From an uncultured Flavobacteriales bacterium (GTDB lineage Bacteria > Bacteroidota > Bacteroidia > Flavobacteriales_E > Vicingaceae): DNA of 56,290 nucleotides. Made by a program: the position numbers and the translations under genes. Shown piece by piece: positions 49,970 to 56,290 of the stretch. Where the stretch lies: positions 1 to 56,290 of the forward strand of contig CAZKFN010000003.1 in the NCBI GenBank assembly GCA_964552035.1. Reading direction: 5' to 3'. How positions within the stretch are numbered: position 1 is the first letter of the stretch; each line of letters starts with the position of its first letter. Under the pieces are notes generated by a model. It had not been told where the DNA came from and did no database searches. It saw only the letters and a list, made by a program, of their open reading frames with translations.

Positions 49970-51580
49970 TTAATCATGTTCAAGTTTTGCCTTCATATAC
50001 TCACCACTTTCCAATAACTTAATTGCTTCGGTATAAGTGTTACTTATGTTGTTGATTATGTGAAAGTAAGAAGAGGTGTCAAATAGTCCTCTAGCAATAA
50101 GTGCTTTGATTTGAACGTGAATTAGTTCTTTAGAAACTTCATACTCCTCTTCGTTTTTCTCCACTTTTTTCTTTTCAGCCAACTTAAAAAAATCATTTAA
50201 TAACTTTTCATCTACTTCAAAATTTTCTTCAAAATCTTTAAAAGTAGGATAGGTCTTTTTATATTTCTTTCTGTTCTTGTCGAGATAGGTAATTGAGAAT
50301 TCATTATACACTCCCTTTTGAATCAGGTTTTTATTTAATTCAGAATTAAAAGAAGTGTCTAAGGGAATAAAAATGTCAGGCATAATTCCACCACCTCCAT
50401 ACACTAATCTATTGTTTGGAGTATAGAATTTTAGAGAATCTGGGAAATTGATGCTATCAGCTTTAAAAAGTTCTCCATGTTTTAGTCTTCTATTAATTTC
50501 ATTATAATAATCTTCTTTGCCTTTCTCATAAGGCCTTTGAATTGATCTTCCTGTAGGAGTATAATATCGAGCTGTAGTTAAACGCACCACAGAACCATCA
50601 GACAGAGGGAAAGGCTTTTGTACCAAACCTTTACCAAATGACCTTCGTCCAAGAACTAAGCCTCTATCCCAATCTTGAACAGCTCCAGAAACAATTTCAG
50701 AGGCGGAAGCAGACCCTTCATCTATTAAAATAATAAGTTTTCCCTCTTTAAAGCTTCCATTTGATGTTGCTTTAAATTCCTCTCGTCTTTGTTTCATACC
50801 TTCCGTATATACAATCATTTTATCTTTGTCCAAAAACTCATCGGCTAAACGAAAAGCGGTATTTAAATACCCACCACCATTTCCTCTTAAATCTAGGATT
50901 AAACTTTCAGCTCCATCGCGTTTGAGTGTGTCAAGAGCTTGCTTAAACTCATTCATTGTTGTTCGAGCAAAGCGATTGACTTTTATATACCCAATGCTTG
51001 GAGTAGCCATATAGGAAGCATCTACACTGTATATTGGGATTTTATCTCGGGTAATTGAGAAGTCTAATAATTCTTTAGCTCCATATCTCTCAATTTGGAC
51101 ATTTACTATCGTCCCTTTTTTACCTCTTAAAAGTTTTTGAACATCGTTGTTAGTTACGCCAGTACCTGCAACATTTTCTCCTTCTACCGTTACTATTCTA
51201 TCTCCAGGCAAAATTCCTAGCTTTTCTGAAGGACCTCCAGAGATTGGGGAAACGACAATAATAGTGTCGTGGAGTATATTAAATTGAATACCTATTCCTT
51301 CAAAATTCCCTTCTAAAGGTTCATTCATTCTTTCTAATTCTTCTGCAGGAATGTAAACCGAATGAGGATCTAATTCTTTAAGAAGGCCCACAATGGCATC
51401 TTCAGCCATTTTTGAATTGTCCACTTCATCCACATAAGCATAATTGATAACTGAAAGAAGGTTTTCAAGTTTTATAGTAGCCTTATTCTTTTCATTAATA
51501 ATGCTATCTGATTGTGCGTAAGCAATACTCCCGCTATAGGTAAGTAATAAGATAATAATTAAAATAAAAGTTTTCCTCAT
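49970..51580 (-). CDS. S41 family C-terminal processing peptidase
   Basis: Signal peptide, PDZ-like segment (GILPGDRIV), GSASASE catalytic Ser motif and FGKG Lys motif. Confidence 0.9.
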   Translation of the reverse strand: MRKTFILIIILLLTYSGSIAYAQSDSIINEKNKATIKLENLLSVINYAYVDEVDNSKMAEDAIVGLLKELDPHSVYIPAEELERMNEPLEGNFEGIGIQFNILHDTIIVVSPISGGPSEKLGILPGDRIVTVEGENVAGTGVTNNDVQKLLRGKKGTIVNVQIERYGAKELLDFSITRDKIPIYSVDASYMATPSIGYIKVNRFARTTMNEFKQALDTLKRDGAESLILDLRGNGGGYLNTAFRLADEFLDKDKMIVYTEGMKQRREEFKATSNGSFKEGKLIILIDEGSASASEIVSGAVQDWDRGLVLGRRSFGKGLVQKPFPLSDGSVVRLTTARYYTPTGRSIQRPYEKGKEDYYNEINRRLKHGELFKADSINFPDSLKFYTPNNRLVYGGGGIMPDIFIPLDTSFNSELNKNLIQKGVYNEFSITYLDKNRKKYKKTYPTFKDFEENFEVDEKLLNDFFKLAEKKKVEKNEEEYEVSKELIHVQIKALIARGLFDTSSYFHIINNISNTYTEAIKLLESGEYMKAKLEHD

Positions 51581-51587
51581 AGTTTTT

Positions 51588-51595
51588 CAAAAGTA
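51588..51595 (-). promoter_or_regulatory. candidate -7 promoter box (TACTTTTG) 7 nt from the S41 peptidase ATG
   Basis: The minus strand reads TACTTTTG-AAAAACT-ATG. Confidence 0.35.
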
Positions 51596-51615
51596 ATCAA
51601 ATGCAAGAATGAATT

Positions 51616-51635
51616 GAAGTTAATAGAAGTTAATA
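51616..51635. repeat. tandem 10-bp direct repeat GAAGTTAATA x2
   Basis: Read directly from the sequence. It sits where a -33 element of the S41 peptidase promoter would lie. Confidence 0.6.
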
Positions 51636-51832
51636 ACCTCTTCTTTTTAAAACATTTTAGTAAATCTTAGCTTCAATTTCAATATGTTGGGGCAAGTTTT
51701 TTAATTTTATTTGTCTTTAGCTGGTATTTTAAACATGATTATAGGCTAAGATAAGTTATTAAAAAGAAAAGATGATTGTATAATTTTTAAAACAAGAATT
51801 ACTTTTTTAGTAAATTCGCTTAATTGAAATGA

Positions 51833-52378
51833 ATGATAACTTTTATGAAACGCTTAAATGCTCTTAAAATCAATATTCCTCGCTTAATCCTTACCAATAA
51901 ACTGGGAGCGCTTACCATAATATTAATTACTCTTTTCTTTGGCATTTCTTGTGGCAGCACTGCAAATTCAGAGGAAGTTTCAAACAAAGAACCATCTGAG
52001 GAAAACATAAAAACTACTGAGGCAGCTGCTCATGATGGGGATTATCAATTGCACGATATTTGGAATACAACTCATATTTTTCAGGAAGAACTTGTAGGAG
52101 TAGAAAATAGGCCTACACTTGAAGTTAATCTCGCTGATTTAGAAATTATGGGAAGCAACGGATGCAACCATTATAATGGAAAGATTACTAGATATTCTAA
52201 AAATAGAATCAACTTTGGGAATATAGCAGTTACCAATAAAATGTGTTTAGAAATGGAAGTCCCAGACTCCTTTGATGATGCTTTAAATAAAGTAGCGTAT
52301 TATAGTAGAGAAAATTTGATTCTCTATTTTTATGACGATGCTGGAGATTTGATTTTGCAATTTGCTAAAGGAGATTAA
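51833..52378 (+). CDS. META domain (HslJ-like) lipoprotein
   Basis: Signal peptide with lipobox-like GISC. The GCNHYNG segment is typical of META domains. The start could also be the ATG at 51845. Confidence 0.7.
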   Translation: MITFMKRLNALKINIPRLILTNKLGALTIILITLFFGISCGSTANSEEVSNKEPSEENIKTTEAAAHDGDYQLHDIWNTTHIFQEELVGVENRPTLEVNLADLEIMGSNGCNHYNGKITRYSKNRINFGNIAVTNKMCLEMEVPDSFDDALNKVAYYSRENLILYFYDDAGDLILQFAKGD

Positions 52379-52472
52379 TTGTATTAATAATACAATATTC
52401 TAGCTGGTTGTAGATATATTATCATTAGAGCATTTTATAAAGGACGTTTTTATCCGTTATATAGATTTTCCT

Positions 52473-52480
52473 TATATTTG
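52473..52480 (+). promoter_or_regulatory. candidate -7 promoter box (TATATTTG) for NDH-2
   Basis: TAnnTTTG match, 43 nt upstream of the ATG at 52524. Confidence 0.35.
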
Positions 52481-52523
52481 CTTAGTAAAAATTTTGTAGA
52501 ATCCAGCATAAGAATATGGTATT

Positions 52524-53840
52524 ATGAATCAGGCACAAAAACATGTAATAATTATTGGTGGGGGTTTTGGAGGTATTTCTGTTGCAAAGCAATTGAGAGG
52601 TAAGAACATAAAAGTTACTTTAATTGATAAATCCAATCACCACCTTTTTCAACCTTTATTATATCAAGTTGCCGCTGCTGCATTATCTCCAGGTGATATT
52701 GCAACTCCAATAAGAAGAATAGTTGGAAAAAACTCAAACATTAATGTTTTACTTGGAGAAGTCGTTTCTATTTCATCTAAAGAGAGCAAGATTTATTTAT
52801 TAGATGGACGTGAAATAGCTTATGATAATTTAGTTATAGCAGTAGGAGCACGTTATAATTATTTTGGACATGATTCTTGGAGTGAATATGCTCCAGGATT
52901 AAAGTCTGTAAGTGATGCCTTAAAAATTAGAGAACGGATTTTACTTTCCTTAGAAGAGGCAGAACAGATGGAAGATAGAGAAGCTAGAAAGCCTCATTTA
53001 ACCTATGTACTTATTGGAGGCGGACCAACGGGTGTTGAAATGGCTGGTGCAATTGCTGAAATTACTAAAAAAGATATACAGTCAGATTATCGAAATATTT
53101 CTCCTAAAGACAGTAGAATTGTCTTGATCGAAGCATCTAATGGTATTTTGAATGGCTATCCAAAACCCTTACCAGAGAAGGCTAAAAAAATGCTTAAAAA
53201 AATGGGTATTGAAATAATACTAGGTAAGCCTGTTACAGATATAGAGAAAGGAAAGGTGTTTTATGAAGGTGGAGAAATAGAAAGTTATAATATTATTTGG
53301 GCTGCGGGAATTGTTGCAAATCCTATAGTTAAAATGTTAGATGCTGAGCTGGATAGAAATAATAGAGTAATTGTAAAAGAAGATTTAAGTCTTCCTAAAC
53401 ATGAGAATATTTATGTGATTGGGGATGCTGCACATACCAAAAACAAACAAGGTCAAGTTCTTCCTTCAATTGCTCCAGTTGCTACACAGCAAGGGCAGTT
53501 TGTTGGAAAGTTGTTGGCTGGAAGATACACCAAAGGAAAGGATGTGTTTAAGTATAAAGATAAGGGCTCAATGGCTACAATTGGTAAAGCTAAAGCTGTA
53601 GCAGATATAAGAGGATTCAAATTTAGCGGATTTACAGCCTGGATGTTGTGGTCTGTAATACATATTTTATATTTAATCGATTTTAGAAATCGATTTCATG
53701 TATTTATAGAATGGATTTGGTATTACTTCGCAGGTAAAAGGGGAGTGCGTTTAATTACCGACCGTTCTTCATGTGAGCATTGTTCAATAAAGGATCCCCA
53801 AGATAAAGAAAGCGTCAATGTTCAAGGTGTTAAAAAATAG
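52524..53840 (+). CDS. ndh: type II NADH:quinone oxidoreductase (NDH-2)
   Basis: Two dinucleotide-binding motifs (GGGFGG, GGGPTGVE), GDAA motif and a C-terminal amphipathic/membrane segment. Confidence 0.85.
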   Translation: MNQAQKHVIIIGGGFGGISVAKQLRGKNIKVTLIDKSNHHLFQPLLYQVAAAALSPGDIATPIRRIVGKNSNINVLLGEVVSISSKESKIYLLDGREIAYDNLVIAVGARYNYFGHDSWSEYAPGLKSVSDALKIRERILLSLEEAEQMEDREARKPHLTYVLIGGGPTGVEMAGAIAEITKKDIQSDYRNISPKDSRIVLIEASNGILNGYPKPLPEKAKKMLKKMGIEIILGKPVTDIEKGKVFYEGGEIESYNIIWAAGIVANPIVKMLDAELDRNNRVIVKEDLSLPKHENIYVIGDAAHTKNKQGQVLPSIAPVATQQGQFVGKLLAGRYTKGKDVFKYKDKGSMATIGKAKAVADIRGFKFSGFTAWMLWSVIHILYLIDFRNRFHVFIEWIWYYFAGKRGVRLITDRSSCEHCSIKDPQDKESVNVQGVKK

Positions 53841-54076
53841 AGGAGAGTTTAATAGAATCATTTTAAGTGTGAATAAGGATTAGTTAATAAAGCAAAATAA
53901 TAAAGTAAACACTAAGAGGATTTATTAAGTTGAAAATAATTAAGTTGAAGAGTGGTAAAAAGAGGAGAGGGAAGTGTTAGGTATAAATAGTGAGCCAAGT
54001 AAACATTTATTAAATTGAGATGTAAATAAGTAGTAGTTATTTTTATATATAATATTCTTAAGACTTAATTATTTGA

Positions 54077-54115
54077 CTTCGATTTTTTCAATTCATTGAA
54101 AAAATCGAAGTTTTT
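54077..54115 (+). terminator. strong rho-independent terminator
   Basis: CTTCGATTTTTTCAAT/ATTGAAAAAATCGAAG, a perfect 16-nt inverted repeat followed by TTTTT. It lies 236 nt after the ndh stop. Confidence 0.8.
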
Positions 54116-54160
54116 ATTTAAATATTTCCAGTCTAAGTTAAACGTTATTATATAAGCTGT

Positions 54161-54168
54161 TATCTTTG
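54161..54168 (+). promoter_or_regulatory. candidate -7 promoter box (TATCTTTG) 7 nt from the rhomboid ATG
   Basis: Reads TATCTTTG-AACAATA-ATG. Confidence 0.35.
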
Positions 54169-54175
54169 AACAATA

Positions 54176-54898
54176 ATGGATACTAAAGAGCGAAAGAGGT
54201 TTTTAAATTCACTTCTATTTCCCAGTTTATTTGTTGCTTTGCTATGGATAATCAAAGGGATTGAGTTAGCAAATGACATTAAGTTTACTCAATATGGAGT
54301 TTTGCCAAGAGATTTAAAAGGCTTGAGAGGAATTATATTTTCCCCTTTAATTCATGGAGATTTAAAACACCTCTTTAATAATACAGTTCCCTTATTGGTC
54401 TTAGGTTCTACTTTATTTTATTTTTATAAAGAGGTAGCTCCAAAATTAGTTATTTGGTCCTATTTATTAGCTGGTTTATATACTTGGATATCAGCTAGAA
54501 CATCTTATCATATTGGTGCCAGTGGATTGGTTTATGCTCTTTTTGGTTTCCTTTTTATAAGTGGATTTATAAGAAAGTATATTCCTCTAATTGCGATTTC
54601 TTTTTTGGTTGCTTTTTTATACGGTAGCTTAGTTTGGGGAATTTTACCTTTTGATGAAAGTACTTCTTTTGAAGGGCATTTTTGGGGGTTGATTGTAGGA
54701 ATTATTTTTGCTATCTATTATAGAAAGATAGGGCCACAGCCTAAAAAATATTCTTGGGAACTGGAAGAAGAAAAGTTGGGTGAAGAAGAGGAAAAGATTG
54801 AGGAGAATAACTTACCAATGAATAATTACGATAAAGAGGATGAGGTAAATATAGTTTATCACTTTGTACCTAAGAAAAAACCGAATCAAGATCAATAA
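54176..54898 (+). CDS. rhomboid family intramembrane serine protease
   Basis: HGDLKHLFNN (HxxxxHxxxN), GASGLVYALFG (GxSG) and a later GHFWG His, with an acidic C-terminal tail. Confidence 0.85.
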   Translation: MDTKERKRFLNSLLFPSLFVALLWIIKGIELANDIKFTQYGVLPRDLKGLRGIIFSPLIHGDLKHLFNNTVPLLVLGSTLFYFYKEVAPKLVIWSYLLAGLYTWISARTSYHIGASGLVYALFGFLFISGFIRKYIPLIAISFLVAFLYGSLVWGILPFDESTSFEGHFWGLIVGIIFAIYYRKIGPQPKKYSWELEEEKLGEEEEKIEENNLPMNNYDKEDEVNIVYHFVPKKKPNQDQ

Positions 54899-54901
54899 AA
54901 T

Positions 54902-56290
54902 TCAAAACTTAAACCTTAGTTGTACTCTTACATCACTTTTAGTTCGTCCTGAAATCATCTCTCTTCCACTACCTATGTTTTCTCTATCCGTATAATAAGT
55001 TTGAGCATATCGCAACCATAAATCAATCCCTCTTGAAATATGGTATTTGGTATTGATATAAAATCTACTTCCCTTTCCGTAATATGCAGGAAAGGAGTAT
55101 GCGTATAATACATCATTTTCGTAAGCATAAATACGACTTTCCCAAGAATCCGTATCAAAAATTGCATAACGCAGAGAAAAGGAGAGTGGGAAGCTTAGCA
55201 TTTTGAATTGTAAGTCTTGATAGATTAAAATCCCATTTTCTTTTCTGCTTTTTCCTAAATTATAAGCTGTAAATTCGACTCTATTTTTTAGGGTGATATT
55301 TTTGGTGATTTGATAAGAGAAATTTAATCTATAATCCGATTTTACTTCATCTGTTACTTTAGCTGCTCCAGTAATAACATCACCTTCATTTTTTTCTTTT
55401 TCCCTTTTCCTAAACCTAATATAGGCTTCCATTTTTCGGTTAGGCCTATACTTAAATTCACTCATCAAGCGCTGTCCTTTACTTGGAGCATCTACTTGAA
55501 ATCTCAACCATGGGAAAGAGAAATAATCTACATACGCAGAAAAGGAAAAGTTAGAGTTGAGGTTGATATTAGTACCCATGAAAGTTCCGTTCTCATTATA
55601 ATTGTTTGAGTTTTCACCTATAGCATTACTCTGAATGGCTATAAAATTTCTATCAAACTTTCTGTTTTGTATAGAAAATGAAACGTTTGGGTCTATAGCT
55701 ATTAATAAACCATTGGTATAAGCTATTCCACCATTAATGCTGTGGCTTATTTCTCCAAAAAGATTAAAGTTTTTATAGAGGTAGCTGTAATCCACCCCTA
55801 GATTACTATTAGAATTTTTTAGGTGGTTAAACTTATTGTAAAGTTGCTTTCTAGGTCTATAAATAGCTTCAATTTCATTGTGAACAGCTGTAATACCAAG
55901 TTTTAAACCTTTATTATCATAACTTAAGTGACTTCCAAAATACTTGTCTTTAATGGCGTTTTTATTATTGATTTCAGAAAAGGTTCTATGAAAACCAGTT
56001 TCTTGAAATGATGAGATTATAGTTTTATTTTGAAGACTATCAAACCCAATAACATTAGCATCTATCATTTTACTAGAGCAAAATAAAGTCAATTCCCAAT
56101 TTTTATAAGCTAATGTTGTTCCTCCGCCTCTTAAGAATAAAGCTTCTTGAGCGGAGGTATGCGGTCTTAATTTTTGAGCATTTCTTTTTAAACTAAAAAC
56201 ATGAGGAGAACGTCCAAAAGCCATGCCCGACCAAAAGGTTAAGCCTTGCCCAAATTGAGCATGGAAATCACCGAGAGCAAATTGTTTTAC
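54902..56290 (-). CDS. putative outer-membrane beta-barrel protein (5' end outside window)
   Basis: The minus-strand frame stays open past the ATG at 56224 to the window edge (…FGQGLTFWSGMAFGR…). Alternating-hydrophobicity strands, Y/N/S-rich composition and a C-terminal ...RVQLRFKF aromatic terminus. Confidence 0.6.
   Translation of the reverse strand, partial: VKQFALGDFHAQFGQGLTFWSGMAFGRSPHVFSLKRNAQKLRPHTSAQEALFLRGGGTTLAYKNWELTLFCSSKMIDANVIGFDSLQNKTIISSFQETGFHRTFSEINNKNAIKDKYFGSHLSYDNKGLKLGITAVHNEIEAIYRPRKQLYNKFNHLKNSNSNLGVDYSYLYKNFNLFGEISHSINGGIAYTNGLLIAIDPNVSFSIQNRKFDRNFIAIQSNAIGENSNNYNENGTFMGTNINLNSNFSFSAYVDYFSFPWLRFQVDAPSKGQRLMSEFKYRPNRKMEAYIRFRKREKEKNEGDVITGAAKVTDEVKSDYRLNFSYQITKNITLKNRVEFTAYNLGKSRKENGILIYQDLQFKMLSFPLSFSLRYAIFDTDSWESRIYAYENDVLYAYSFPAYYGKGSRFYINTKYHISRGIDLWLRYAQTYYTDRENIGSGREMISGRTKSDVRVQLRFKF

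Noticed and set aside
52379-52395. 17-nt AT-only palindrome TTGTATTAATAATACAA right after the META gene stop as a terminator
   Set aside because: The stem is entirely A-T apart from one G-C pair and there is no T-run after it. That is not convincing as an intrinsic terminator.

Overview
AT-rich chromosomal segment that looks like a Bacteroidota genome, probably Flavobacteriia-like. Three things support this: recurrent TAnnTTTG (-7) promoter boxes, almost no Shine-Dalgarno sequences, and a fused str-S10-spc-alpha ribosomal cluster without tuf or adk. The centre (22.7-40.7 kb, + strand) is one compact 35-gene ribosomal/translation supercluster, rpsL-rpsG-fusA-rpsJ...rplO-secY-map-infA-rpmJ-rpsM-rpsK-rpsD-rpoA-rplQ, closed by a strong intrinsic terminator. 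It is followed by a carA-like gene, eno, gltA and a UbiD-family gene. The left flank (0-16.3 kb, mostly - strand) carries housekeeping genes: DPP-IV-like peptidase, SSF symporter, exported PIG-L deacetylase, TMTC-like TPR membrane protein plus GNAT, rpsP-rimM-methyltransferase-nitroreductase, ung, msrB, a DEAD-box helicase and a class-III aminotransferase. The stretch 16.3-22.7 kb is the least conserved-looking part, with small hypothetical, secreted and membrane proteins and two long ORF-free AT-rich gaps (0.7 and 1.27 kb). The right flank carries an MBOAT/AlgJ-like O-acyltransferase pair, DUF1573, an S41 peptidase, a META lipoprotein, NDH-2, a rhomboid protease and a truncated beta-barrel protein. 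By eye I found no tRNA, rRNA, CRISPR array, transposase, integrase or recognisable defence or toxin system, so this is mainly an ordinary core region. The most notable observation is that the carA-like gene after rplQ encodes Ser and Leu where the catalytic Cys and His of the glutamine amidotransferase triad should be. Lesser points are four promoter boxes sitting 4-7 nt from start codons (possible leaderless mRNAs), a TMTC-like GT-C/TPR protein translationally coupled to a GNAT, long low-complexity tails on S16 and L17, an isolated canonical SD before rplD, and the two unexplained non-coding gaps. All product calls come from reading the translations, with no database search.
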